Of a stretch of 64,000 bases of DNA, positions 11,601 through 25,163 are shown in pieces. Under the pieces are notes generated by a model. The model was not told the origin of the DNA and ran no database searches. It worked only from the letters and a program-made list of their open reading frames with translations. Each line of letters begins with the position of its first letter. Position 1 is the stretch's first letter. Position numbers and translations under genes: made by a program. The stretch comes from Trichodelitschia bisporula (taxonomy: Eukaryota): assembly GCA_010356995.1 (NCBI GenBank), contig ML996691.1, forward strand, positions 998,174 to 1,062,173, given 5' to 3'.

Positions 11601-14600
11601 GGCAAAAAAATGAACAGCGACATGAAGCCTTCGCGCACAGAAGCCTTGGAGCTGGAGACGTTCTGCAGAATCGTAGGTAGCGTCTCCTCAAGGCGGGTGG
11701 TGCCCAGCCCAGCAAGAACCTCACTGAGGGCCTGGGCGGATCCCAAACGGTCACCGGCGCCAGTATCTGATTTGAGAACTGACATAAGACTCGGAATGAG
11801 ATCTGGCAGGGCGTCTTCACCGAGCTTTTCGATGGTGGATCCCAGAGCCTTAGAAGCCGTAGCACGAGTTGCCGGGACTGGATCGACGATCGCTACTCTC
11901 AATCCAGCAACCAAAATGGGTAAATGGGCAACCAAATCTTTGCGTTCCGTCAAGTGAGCGAGACTGCCGATTATCTGGGACGACTTGCGCTTTGTGGATG
12001 ACCTATCGGCTAAGCCCCGTTCCAGGATACGGACTACAAGTGCAAGCGAAGGAGCATCCAGGAAATGGACAAAGTGCACCTTGATGAGTGAGTCCAGAGC
12101 ATCATCCGTGTATTTCGTGGGATCGCTAAGGGCCTTGAGGAGGATGTTGACGACGCTCTTGATTTCAGGATTGTTGATAACTTCACCGAAGCGCTGCAGA
12201 CTGCGGTTTGCTGATAGCCGTACTTCTTTATGGGAGTCAGTCAAGACATTCGTCAAAGGGGGGATAATGTCTGGCAAGCTCAAGGCCAGTTGCTGCGGGT
12301 CGAGATAAGCCATGGCACCGAGTAGATCGCAGGCTCCCTTTTTGCTACGCCACTGGTCTTCCTCAAGACCTTCCAGCAGAGTGGGCAGGATCTGCTTCAC
12401 GCCGAACGAGCTCAGGTTTGCAAAGCATGCCTTGGAAGCATCCAAGCAAGCTTCACGAACATCGGGACTTGAGTCACCAAAGCCTGCGAGCAGCTGCGGG
12501 ACGATTTGGATAACGTAGGGCTCGAACGTGCGCCCCAAGATAGTTGAAAGCAATTCGTAGGCCAGATACACGCCTTGTCTCTGGCTCGCATCTTTTTTGT
12601 TTTCCGCTGCGCCTTTGAGAGTTGACAATATGCGGTACTGTTGGAGAACAGATATGCCCTTGCCGCTGACAATCCCAGCCAGACCATAAGCAGCGCCGCG
12701 GCGAGTCGCGTACTTCTTGGACTTGAGCAGCTCGTCCAGCATTTGCTGCACGTACTCCGGTACTTGGTCTTGCGACGTCCGTACGAGCGGTGGAAGACAT
12801 TCGGCAACAGCGTACTGCACACTCTCCGAGGGCGTACTCAAGGTGGTTAACAGCCGTTGAACGACCTTGGGCACTCGCTTATCCCCCGATTTCAAATGGC
12901 GAGCCAGGGCACCGTAGAGAATGACAACGGCTTCGTTGATTTTGTCGAAGGTTTCCGAGCGGCGATCAGGGCTTTCAAGGGCGTTCTCAAATAATTCCAT
13001 GAGCTCCTCGACCTTGGCAGCGCCCTTTGCTGCGATGATGGTGGTTGCAGCATCAATCATCTCGTCTCGCACAGTGTCGCTGTGGTCTCCCAGGGGGCCG
13101 TTATCGATGAGGAAGCGTACTAGTGACACAAGTTCTGCGCCGTCAAAGGCAGGAGCCAGCTCTTTGAGAGCAAGCGCAACGCCGCTTCGCGCTTCCCAGA
13201 GGTCAGCCATGTTGGTCTTGCGTGGCACTCCGTATTCGTCCCGCTCGGGAACCCTCGGCTTTGCCTTCTCGATATACAAGCCTTTGAGCTTCGATACGAT
13301 CTGGGTGAAGAGCTTGGGATAGTTGGAAATAGTTTCAGCCAAAGTCCGCGCTGCTGCACGCCGAAGTTGCTTGTCAGGAGACTCTAGGTATCTGATAGTC
13401 TGCTCAGAGGACTCGGGCGCATCATGAAACTCGCTCTCTTCCCATATGGTTCGAGCCAACTCAGCATTTTCCGGGACAACATCGTGGCAAGCTATCCAGA
13501 TTTGCTCGAGGAAATCATACTCTGAGAGATCAAGTTCTGCATCAATGGCTTGCAAAACGGCTATCCGGACGGACGCTTGGGGGAGAATAGTGCCCTCCAC
13601 GATTACCGAAATTTCCTCAAGGCCGAGATTGGGGTCAATGCTGCGGCAGAGGTCCTGGAAGCAATCTTTGACCAGCTTGTAATGCTGATTGTACCTTTGC
13701 ATCGAAGATATGAGGACCTCTAGCAGTTTTCTCCGCGGAAGACGCTCATTCACGACTACGAAGCATCAGTATCAGCCGGAGAAAGCGACGGTCAACTTAC
13801 AGGCATCGGTATGACAGGCAAGAAATTCGGTAGCAAGCACAAGCTGTTCGTCAGCCGCCTCACTGCCAGCAGCTGCGAAACCGCCGTTCTGGAGCACAAG
13901 GAACATCAAAGGAAGCATGTAGGCCAGAGACACTGTATCGAAGGGTCGCTGTTCGCCCAAAATCCGTACTCGATACAACACACGGGTAACCAGTTCTATG
14001 CCGATTGTTAGCTTCATGGTGCAGAAACGTTCAGTGAGCTCACCCTCAAGAGGTTCGACGAGGAATTCGGCAGGGAGCTGCGTTACTCCAATAGCCCGAA
14101 GGGTAGCAACACCGACAAACTGCCGCATGGAACCAAGCCTTGAGGTGACGCTACGAGAGCAATCCAGATAAGCCAAAGAAGCGGCATCACCAAGGATAAG
14201 TCCAGCACCGGCTTCGATGATCTCATGCAGAAGGTCCACCGCTTGGACTATCCACAGCTCCGCTTCGGTGGGAGGGCCTGTTGCAAGGGCGTGAATGATA
14301 CCGACGCCACGCTTGAGCTTCTCATGGACGGCACGGACTTGCTTGCGGATTGCCGATTCTTTCGCGATTTGAGCCTTGACTTTCGTTTGCTCTTCCGGCG
14401 TCAGCTTCCGCGTCTGGCCCGTTTTCTTCCCGATTTGCGCCCGGAGCTCCTCTTCCCACTTGAGAGTGTCGTAGTCTTTGGCCTTTTTATCCACAACAGC
14501 ACTACGGCTCGAGCTGGCAAGGACATCCACAAAAAGCGTGCCTTCAGGAGTCCGGTAGATGGATGCTTCGGTGGTGCCTATTCCAGCCATCTGTTCACTG

Positions 14601-17029
14601 CTCAAGTCCTGCTGAATTTGCTTGACAAGCCGCGGGGTGGCGGCCTCCGGAGCGACAAATGCAAGATCAGCAGCGGCACGACAAGCGGCAGAGTGCACTT
14701 TGTCCACATCTTTATCGGCATACGACTTTTGCGTCAGCGAAGTCACAAATAATTGAAGTCGTAGCTTACCTCCGTTATTGTTGTTATTTGCTGCAAGCAC
14801 GTTTCGATCTCCCGGCTTACAAGATCTCCAGGATCAACGCCAACCCTCAGGCAGGTATCAATCCATGAGGCTTGTGGGATAAGCTCGGGACGGCAGAGGA
14901 TGAGAAGTTGGATGAGTTGATTCTGCAGAATGGAAGGGTCGATCTCCGCTCCAGAACTCTCAACTTCTGCGAGAGGGGGGCATATAGCATGCAGGGCTAG
15001 GCGGAGCCCAGCATTGCCAGCTTTTGCTGCAGTGGCCGCCGTATCCTTCTCATTGACATCAACCCTTCGGCGCCACTCCCAAAGCCCAGTAACGACGATA
15101 GATCCGATTCGGGCAGGATTCCTGTAGTAAACATTCGTCAAAGTTTTTGTTGCTTCCTTGCGGACGTTTGGCGGCATGATGGAGGCAGTGACGAAATAGA
15201 TGAATGCCTGGGACCAAGCATCCTCAACGGCGCTTTGCGCTCGGTCTTGCGCAATGTTCTCCGTCACAGCTGCCAATGCCCGGATGCCCCACGTCAAGTC
15301 TTCGTGGGCGGAAAGCTTCGTGTAAACCCGGAAATTGAGGAGAAACGATGGCTTGCCCTCAGCAACCAAGACGTGCTTTGAAATGGCAGCCTTTTTGACC
15401 AGGGCGGCTACATTTTGGTCCTCAATTCGGTTGAACTTCGTCAAGCAGAGCGCAGTGAAGACGTATGCGACGACAACAGCACCACTCTGGACTGATGGGA
15501 GCGGGTTGGCAACGACTTCATTGAATACGCTGGCCATCTTGCCAAGTATCCCGCTTATGAAGGACAGGACGTCCTTTGCGGTAAGCTTGTCAAGGGATAA
15601 TGACCAGAAAAGATCACCGGAACGGAGGGCCCAGATTCTGCGAACAGACAGCTTCTTATCCGCGAGCCCCTTTGCAAATGAATCTGCCACAGCAGCTTCT
15701 ATCGTCAAGCCGTTTTGCAATCCAAAGAGGAGGTGTTTTGCAAGGGCTTTGGTCTCCGCGTCCAATGCCACCTCATTCGGCTCTTTCAATGCTACGGAGG
15801 CCAGTGCTGTTGGGACCTTTTTGGCGAGAGTAGATGAACTAGGCAAAGATGCAAGCATCTGGGAATGCAGGACCTTTTGGTCAACACCAGGAACCTTGCC
15901 CTGCCTCAACGGAGTAAGAAGTTCATCGGCGACCTTGTCCAAAGTGGCTTCATCAGATGACTTTTGTACCACAGCTTCGAATGTTTTTAAAGCCCCAGCT
16001 CTGATCGTGGGGTTTGTTGATTTGGTGTTGGACAGAAGTGGTTTAAGCAGTTTTTGGTGCAGAATCTCCGAGAGGTCAAGAGTCGGTGGCAGCGCGCGAA
16101 CCATGGGTGAGACCAAGTCATTGAGAACCACTTCCGGTGCTCTCAGTAAGGCTTTCTCAATGGCAGGGATAAGATCCGTTTGGAGGTCCTCAAGAGTGGT
16201 GAAGTTTTGAAACAGGTCCCGGAGTCCATCGGCAATATGAGGAGGAAGCACTGTCCGGGACCCGATGATCTCGCGGATATAGAAGCCAAAGTAATCCTTT
16301 TTCAGCTCTTTAAACAAAGGTTCAACATCCGGGAGACGAGAAGAAACGCCGGCAATGACCCCCAGCAGTGGCGCATTCTTCGCAGTCGGAGTGGAGCTCT
16401 TAGCTGAAAGCGCGGAGACCACAGACCGCAGCGAGTTTTTGCCTAACTCTTCACGGAATACGCGCCTGAAAGCTCGCCTGGTAACGACCAGGGCGGACTT
16501 TTTGATACTCCCCCGAGAATCCGAGCCGAGACAGGTTGCCAGGGCCTGGGCATCTGCCCGTACTACGTCGATTCCCCATTTGTTCCAGGCTTCTTGCTGT
16601 TTAGCTAACGAGGGGAGAAGCGCGGAGCACCACTCCGTGAGCACGAATGCGTTCGCTGGCGCTATGCCACTCTTGGCAGCTTCGACTTTGAGAGACTCTA
16701 TAAACTGAGGAAGATGGTCGACAGCCTCAGGGCTTTCGGCGAGGTTTACGATGCACTGTTGAGCAGCCTGACGGGAGCTTCGATCGACATAGAGCGGATA
16801 CGTTTCGAAAAGTAACGATAGGAAGTTTTTGACGGCGTCCGTACTTAGTTCTTGGGAACGCGTCAGTTTCGAGCTTCAAATATGGGGTAGGTAACTTACC
16901 TTTGGCCTCCAGAGCGCGATGAACGGTTGCAAGCGCGGCTATTCTTCTCTTTGTAGAGCTAGAAAAGAGACTGACTACTAAGTCGCCTTGCGTGAGCTTT
17001 CGTGCCCCGCTTTCCTCTCCGTCCGCCAT
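8670..17029 (-). CDS. GCN1: eIF2-alpha kinase activator Gcn1 (HEAT repeats), about 7 introns
   Basis: About 2.6k aa of HEAT repeats with Gcn1 signatures RRGAAYGLAG, WRSKKGACDLLGAMAYLDPQQL, DRLGSAQALSEVLAGLG and LKPFLPQLQRTFAKAL. Exons are joined by short introns. Confidence 0.96.
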
Positions 17030-17252
17030 TTTGAATGCATGTGCTGGCGGGGTGACTGCGAACGTCTCGATGCGAGGATTCTAGCGATGCGGTGTCCCGG
17101 CCAATCACTACGCGGGGTCAATTTCTGGGGGAGCGAAATCTTGGCATCTGTCCCATGCAGGGTTCCATATCAAAAGTTCACAGATTCTACGGCACAACTT
17201 CTCCCGTTTAGCGCTTGTCGAGGTTTCCAGCTTCACCCCAATTGCCTCGCAA

Positions 17253-19458
17253 ATGTACAAACGCGTCGCTTCCACCATCTGTCCTCTTGCTCCTTTTTTG
17301 GTCCCCCGAAGCGCAGCCGTCTGCCTCAGAAATATCCATCAGGTCCCAGTTCGGAGTTTTGCGGCGCGAAGCAACCCAAAAAGCCGCCCGAGACCAAACC
17401 GCGATGGCGCCTACGCAGCTCGGGTGGATTCTAAGCACGCGAGGGAACTAAGTGTATGTACATTCTTTGCAAATCACCCGGAAGCTGATCGCATGTCAGA
17501 GACTTCGGGACGCTCTGTACGAAGGCAAATGGAATACAGTAGAGGCGTTGTACCCGACTTTCAAAGAACACCTTTCTCCCATCCAAACCCTGCGCCTTAC
17601 GAACCTCGTACATTCTAGGCTGAGAAACCTTCGGCCGGAGTGGTCGGATACTGCCCCGCTCCTCCAGTTCGTTGATGACATCGTCCTCGACCTCCAAGCG
17701 GGCAAGATAGCCCCTCACCCAAAGGCATACTTGCATCTACTGTCAATATACAAGGAGTCCAGGCAGTACATCAAAGGGCGAGAGTTGTGGCAGTGGCTCG
17801 AGGCCCAGGACGAGAATAGCTGCGATGCCTGGGTGTATGGGGGTGCGCTTGAGTTGCTTGTGTACGATGGGGAACCGCTTGAAAAGCTTGAGAAGATCTA
17901 CAGCCAGGCTTTGCTGCGATTTTCGGGCGAAAACTTCACCGACTATCACCTTTCGCCGACAGCCATACTCCCGGATCGCGGTCAGCCTCTGGTTGTTAAA
18001 GGCATACCCTTGGCCTTGCTCCAGGGCATTTTCACAGCTCGTGTTTTGAGTGGAGACTGGAGAAACGCATATCTTGCGTTCGATACTGCGCTACGGTTGT
18101 ACCCTGACCGGACACCAACGAGATTCTTCGAGCTAATCGTATACGAGCGCCCGCTTGCGGAGGCTGTCATGGCCTTTTCGCTATCTTGTGCTTCTCGACC
18201 GGCTCTTCCACCTAAAATGTTGACATACTTGCTCAACCGACTCGTCGACAAACAATCGGGGAGATTCAATGTCACTAAGATTGCCCAAAACTTGAAAATC
18301 TTCGAGCTCATGCTTGATGCCATCCGGGCGTACGTAGCTACGGGCGGAATCCTTGATACTCGTTACGTCAGTCTCCTAGTCACGGCTCTTTCGAACATGG
18401 TGACTTGGGTCCCGCCATCCGAGACAAGACATAGCGCCCTTCAACGATACAACCAACAGATTGCCCGTATCGCCGAACGTATAATCGAATCATTTTCCAA
18501 ATATGTTGCCGGCCCCGTTTCCACAGCTTACACCGCGCTCGCGGCCCTGGGAGGCAAGGTTGGTGATGGAGACTTTGCCTTCCACGCGATTGAACGCTTT
18601 GGAGAAGTAGGTGGTGTTCCGACTGAAATCACATACCGGACCATGGTTTCGGCTGCGGGCTATCAAGGCGATGCCGAGGGACTTCAGGCAGCTTGGAAGG
18701 TGGTCGTGAACCATGCGTCGCGCCATAAGCGACAACTTGGAATCACGGACTGGAACACGCTCTCCCGTGCAGTCCGGATGCTGCAGAGTGGGGAAACCGA
18801 TGCTTTCCTCGAAGCCCAGCTGGAGATTCTCGACGCCCCTGACGGTATCAGGGAAGTCGTTCGTTCCAAGTCCAAACGCCCGGTCTTTGATATCGACCCA
18901 AGCTTGGTATCTTTCGACTTCTCACAGATCACTCACCGTCTAACGTCATTAATCAATACCACCGAGGCACAGATCGGGCTCATGCTTGCGGACCCGGCCA
19001 CTGCAGTCAATAGGGAAGACTTCCACTCCAATGATATGCTCAAGCCATTATCGCCCTCATCCTCCCCAGAACCAATGGAGGCTCTGAAGGCCGTCTATGA
19101 CAGGCTCACCACAGACCCTGGACAACCTCCCTCCGGCGCCGTCGCTATTGACGCCGCCGGCATTCCTTTCGACGAACATCGCTTCCAAAACTGGCTCGCT
19201 GTAAACAAGATCTTGGCTATGGCGGAAAGCAACTCTCAGCTGAAGAATGCAGCAATCGACTATGCGTTCCAGAGTGGTAGGGCTGTGCGAGACCCTGAAA
19301 CAACGGAGGTCTTCTTGGAAAACCTTGAGGGGAACTGGCTGCAGGCTCCGGTGGAAGCGCGATCGCGAGTCATCACCGGGGGTGAGGAGCACAAGAACGA
19401 CCTGCAGTATGAGCATGTACGTGATCGTGTTCTCTCTCTCAGGGGATTGGCTGTGTAG
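17253..19458 (+). CDS. Putative mitochondrial PPR-like helical-repeat protein, 1 intron (17454-17499)
   Basis: Arg/Ser-rich, acid-poor N-terminus (MYKRVASTICPLAPFLVPRSAAVCLRNIHQVPVRSFAARS) is spliced in phase 0 to the 668-aa ORF. PPR-like segments include IAPHPKAYLHLLSIY and VPTEITYRTMVSAAG. Confidence 0.7.
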
Positions 19459-22400
19459 CGCTCTTGCGCCACGCTAGCCGCCTTCTTGAGCCTCGATCGC
19501 TGTCGGGGAGAAAGGGTCATGTCTTGCTCATACATCATGGCCGACAGGCACATAGGGCAGAGACAGCGAAGAGCATGTTGGGCTTCATGCAGACGTCCTT
19601 CGTTTGGAAGGGTTCCACTTTGAGACAGGTCCATGGCCAGTCCTTCATGCCCTTCCTAGAGGATGCTACGCAGTTGTGGCAGTTCAGGCCCACGCATCAT
19701 GGGAAAGTTGGTAGCCCATCAACAATTCGCCTGGAGTAGGACAAACTACTGACACCACACATGTATTAGCAGCCTGAAGTTGCCATGCTCCACGTGACTG
19801 GGCGCCCAATGACTTCGTTCGTTTGTCCCTCGTCCAACGTCCAGATGCCTTGTATGCTATGCTGTTCTCCCTCTCTTCCGCTAACCTTATCCCACTTCTT
19901 ACAAGTTCACGGCTCATCACTCTGACTTCCTCTCACTCAGCTCGTCAGATAAGCCGAAGGTGTGGGATGGTCGCAAGGCTGTATATGATCTGCAATAAGC
20001 GGATAACGGAGGTTATCAGTCAGATGTCGTACCGTCCCGCCCCCATACGGCTGCGTGGGATGCAAATCACCCACATCCTGGTTGCCTATTTTGGGGCATC
20101 CATCGGACCTTGGACGTTTTGCTCGGGCAGCAGTCCGATTCAATAATGACTCTCACATCCATTTACCATTGATTCTTGATTTTCTTTCCATTGTGGTTGG
20201 CATGTTGGGATGAGGTCATCGGGGTCTGTTGCCCAAAAGGCAACCGCAGCCGAAACACCTTGTCCGGAGCGCCATGAAGTGTCCTATTCCCAACCACCAA
20301 CAACACCAAGGCACTTCTTCACCGCCTCGGTACATTCTCAGGCTTTGGTTGCTTTACATTGCTCGGGCAGCATTCACTCGCCACCTCACGACTGGTTGAG
20401 GTCAATTTCCCACCAATATTAGCAGATGTCGGAGCGGCGACCGGTGCTAGATGGGTCTCATTAATCGTGATTCAATATGGGATATAGTCCGACTGTTAAG
20501 TGCATTCTCCCGCCATCAGCTGCTAGGAGGGAGATCGCCCCAAGCCATTTCCCCGCCTCCACGTGAAGCCAATGATCTCCGACGAGGGTGCTAAATATGC
20601 GGTGCAACGGGAGCCTGTCGATGGTAGAGCCCTGCGGGATGCGAATAGGTATACGTACTCGCCATGCCCCGGCTCGCTCGCCAGAACTCGGCGTTCCTGA
20701 AAATCATTAAACCTGGGGATGGATACGACCGAGAGGCTCCGATTAGGGAGACGAGGGTGATTATTTCGAGACTCCGCAAAACGACGCTCAGACACTTCGG
20801 GGTGAGACGAGGCAGAAGCCGTGCCTCGTTCTTCGGGAGGGCGGCGAGGACGACACGACAGCTTCAAGCTTCCAAACGAGCAATACGGAGAGTGCGGTGT
20901 GCGGTGGACGACAGGAAAGCGTGATGGTCGGAGGAATCACTCTCGGTGCGCCAGTGACACGATGGCAAAGGCGAAAGGTAGGAGTGATTCCTAATCCTCG
21001 GATTTGAAAGGCTATTTCAATTCGAGCAGTGTTTCAAGGCCGTTGGACCGCTGTACCACCGAGCCCGTCTCGCCGGGTAAAGAGTGACAGGCCACGGCAC
21101 AGATGCGGCAAACAATTCGCTGTCTAGTTCTACTTCAGCTTGGTACAGGGTCAAGTTATGAGGGGGGTTACGTACGGGCGGACGAATTCAGCGCACTTTC
21201 GCTAGCCTCACCTGCTGCCGCAGCGAGCGACGGAGACGGTCGACGAATCGCATGCCTTTTGGTGTTTGAGAGGTTACGACTCGACGCCCCGCAGCAAGCA
21301 ACAGCGTTACTCTTACTCCCTCTCTCACATCCCTTCCAGTTAACCGTCGGCGTCCGTGTCGCTCCCATATATCGCAAAACGCGGAGGTCCTGGAGGTCAT
21401 CAAACCTTTACCCCATATCCCCACGATGCACAAAAGCTTATCGTGGCTGCTGCATATCCTCTGCATCTCCGCATGGGGCCAGGCGAGCCTATTGGTACAC
21501 AGCGTAACAACCCCATCACCGTTGCAGCAGGACGCAGGACGATCTTGAAGAATGTTTAGGCACGACAATCGGAGTTCGGAAGACTTATCTTTGAGCTCGC
21601 TTGGGCCGCGGAAAATGCCGTGCCGAGAGGTGATAGGAACTTGGACACGATACTGGACGATCTTCCCTTCTTTGTGGTTGTTTGTTTCGACTTCTTCGAT
21701 TGATTTTCTTACAACCACCCTCAAACTGGATTCAGGAAGACAGCAAACCTGGAGAGCAGGCTGGACCGTCACTAACCATATCACCGGCCTCACGTATGTG
21801 GGAGTACAGCGATTCACAGCAGGGTAACGAGTAGCTTGAGATCTCAGCCCGAGCATACGGAAGTACAACCTCCTTTGCCATTGGCATGCATGAGAAAGAC
21901 TTAAATCAAACTTGACATGATGGCATCGAAAGCTATTCGCTGCAAGCTCAACCCGAAACCTGGGGTTTGACGAGAGCAGACGCTGTCCGATGTTCACTCT
22001 ACCGTTAAAGACTCGCCCCCGCATAATGGCATGATCGGGAAGCACAGTTTGTCCCTTCGTGATTCTTATTTCTGAATGTCATGAAGCTTGCCGAGTCGCA
22101 AGGAAGATGACGGGAAACTCGTTCCGCAACAATAGCGCAAGATGGCGACGCCGCTAAAGGTTAAATCGGACAAGCCATAATTGTTGATGCCATGATCTTC
22201 CCGACATCCGAACCTGACTCCTGGACTCCTGGGGGAAAAAGCATCTCCACGCCCCACGCGTCCGTTTTACTGGGCCTTCCAGAACAGACGATCGTTTCCC
22301 TCCACGACTCAAGTGCCTCGTTTGAGGCCAGTGGCCCAAGCTGGCCGGAAGGGCGGAAGCAACGTCGCGGAGACGCGGACATCGTTAGTGGCAGTTTTGG

Positions 22401-25163
22401 GGTGCATGGACGGCGGAGAGAACTGGGCGAAGTGTACGCAGTAGCGGCGTCCGGACCGACAGCCCAGGAAATTCCCCCACGGCTGATGGCGTTGCGCGAC
22501 TCCCCAGTTTCTCCCAGCAACCCGGGCCCTCCCCGGCCTTTGTTTGGCGCGGCGTGGGGAGAATGTTGGGGCGGATCTTGACGAGTGCTCCCAATCCGCC
22601 CGTGTGGCGGAGACCCGGCGCCGCCCGCCGGTGCCCGCCTGCCAAGAAATAGGGGCGCTTGGCGGCGCGTCCGGCGCAGGCGGGCGGTAGGCGAGCGTCG
22701 CCCAAAAAAGTCACGGGAAGATATATCTTGGCGCTTAAATTCACCCCCCCCGTATACACGCACATCCCCCCTGCAAACTGCCAAGACCCTATCAAAATCC
22801 GACGTTAACACAACATCATCAACCACACCATACAACCTAGATAAAATAGAATAAAATTTAGGCCACCAAAGCGTCTCATTAAACTGAGTAATTTAGTAGA
22901 ACTTTCGACATTATTGACTAACGCGTTGTAAGTGCATCGCGGGTTGAGTTTTTGAGGGTATACGTAGACGTTAAGGTTAAGGGTTTCTGCCGTGCTTGGC
23001 ATAGGTCAAATGGTGGCGGTGCCGGGCGCAACTCGGGCGGCCCGTGCTAACCTAAATAGGTATAGCGGGCGCTTTGCAGGAGCCCCTTCGGGCCTGGGCG
23101 CCGCCGGGTCCGCCGGGTACTTTGGGTGCACTGATCTTGACTCTACACTCTCTCCACACTCCGGCTCGTTAACTGTTTGCCTGCCCCGGTGCTGCTGCAA
23201 CTGCGTTTCTGCAAGCCTACAACCATCACTGTCACTGCAGCAGCAACCCGCATGTTGTTTGGGCCAGCTTTGCAAATAGGAATGGAGTGCTGGTGCATCT
23301 CCACAGGCTCCCGGCGCCCGACGATGCGGGCGTGCATAAGGCGGTCTGGGGAATGCGCGTCCGCTTGCCAGTGCGTGCCGCTGCAGGCTGAAGCTTGGTG
23401 CGCACAACGCGCGGCTGGCTCGTCTGGACGGGTCGGATGTGGGGATGGGAACATCAGTTAGAGCGAGAGACGAGAGAAGGTCACTGATCCCGGCCAGTCG
23501 CACGATGCAACCGCGCACGTCTTAGGATCCTCCCGTGTCTTCCTTCCTCGCATTCAGTTTCGGACATTCAGTTTCCCCCGCCTTCCATCTTCCCAGCCAG
23601 CCAGTCGCAATCCTGACTCGCCCCCCGCGATTCTGCGCGCAGTGCGTCTGGTTACTGGCGCTGTAAGACGGACTCTCGCACTTCGGGCAGCACTTTGACG
23701 AAGCACGGGCGTGAGCGGCCATGTTTCTTTCTTTTCGCCCCAAATGTGCGCCCACCCAGCGTCATGCTAGGCTTGCCAATCTCCCCTGCAGGGCGTCAAG
23801 ATACGCAGGGAGGCTCCACGGCCGGAAGCCGGACGTCACCGCACAATGCAAGGCAATATGAATGTACCAGTAGTACCACGACATCAAGGGCCAAAAGACG
23901 GGGGGCAGGAAGCAACGGGAATGCACAGCAAATCCTCACATATCAGCCCTGGAGCCGGAAAGAGGGCACACCGGGAATGGCTGGCTGGCGGAGAATCGTA
24001 ACGCCAAACGTGGCATGTCCAGTCCCGTGCCGGGGGGCATCCCGCGCCGGATTGGTGCTATTACATCCGTATTCTGGAAAGACTTGTTTCCTCCCCCGGA
24101 TTTATTTTTTGTCTGGGGAAGGGACTAAGGAGTTACCTCAGGGCTAGGGTATTCCGCATCACCCATGGATTGCCCGTTGCGGCGCCGCGCCCCGGTTGGA
24201 GAGGGCCGTAGGCACGGCAGTCGGCGGCGGCTTGCGGCTGCAGTCGTGCGGACCATATCGTAGGGTAATTGGGGACGGGAGGTTGCCGTGGTGGTGATGG
24301 GGGGAAATGCGGACTAGTAAATGGCCTTGCGCGTGGGATGGCCCAACGCCTCTTGTCCTGCCCTCTCAAACAACGAGGCTGACCACCCCAGTTATCCACC
24401 CCCAAGGCTTGCGTGTGTGAGTGCTGCCCCCGCGCTCCTCCCACCCTGGCAATTGGTAGAGTGACATATCTCTTTTTCGCTCATTTCTGGATATCCGAGC
24501 ACAAACCGGCGTAGAAGAAGGCAAGCAAGGGCTTGGTCCACCCCCCCCCCATGGGAGAGTCGGTGTGGGATTATGGGAAAAAGGCTGGATATGGGGGAGG
24601 GTCAATCTACTTAAGGTGGAGTCCGCCCTTCCCTGGATACTGGTCAAATCTTCAAATCTCCCCCACAATTTCAACTCCCACCAAACGTCTAGAATCCTGC
24701 TTTCGTCGATCGACTTGTCCGGGATCCCCTAGCCTTCGCACTTGTAAGTACTGAACGCGGAACCTGACTCACGTTCTGGGGAAGCCGAGGCCGACATTCC
24801 AGTGGCTAACATATGGACCAGAATATTTCGCACTGACGTCGCTCGACTTACCTTTCCTGAATCAGCTCCTTTCGCCCCATACTTAAAGGCCCCCTCCCGC
24901 ATCCTGCGCGACATCCATCTCAGCCTTCATACCGGAGACGCTTTACTAGACCCACACACCCTCACACTCATCGGCCCTTCTTCCCCGTCCCACCGGCCCA
25001 AGCTTCTCGCCCTCGCCCAGAATAAAAAAAACCCTCAGCCTTGCGGCTACCATCAACCGCCACACCCAGCCCTCCGGCGCGCTATAAACCCAACGCACCC
25101 CCACAAATCCCCCACCGATCATCGATCACCAGTCTCCACTCCACGCACATCAACCCAGTCAAA

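Noticed and set aside
22440..22740. GC-rich hairpins and GGAAATTCCCCC as possible RNase MRP/P or SRP RNA
   Set aside because: No complementary CR-V/P4 partner or SRP motifs found. Short stems are expected at this GC content.
22161..22835. 224-aa minus-strand ORF
   Set aside because: Non-ATG start in very GC-rich DNA where stops are scarce. Arg/Pro/Gly composition is typical of spurious frames.
22970..23060. TTAAGGTTAAGGG / CTAACCTAA as telomerase RNA template or telomeric repeat
   Set aside because: Does not match TAACCCTAA and is not a tandem TTAGGG array.
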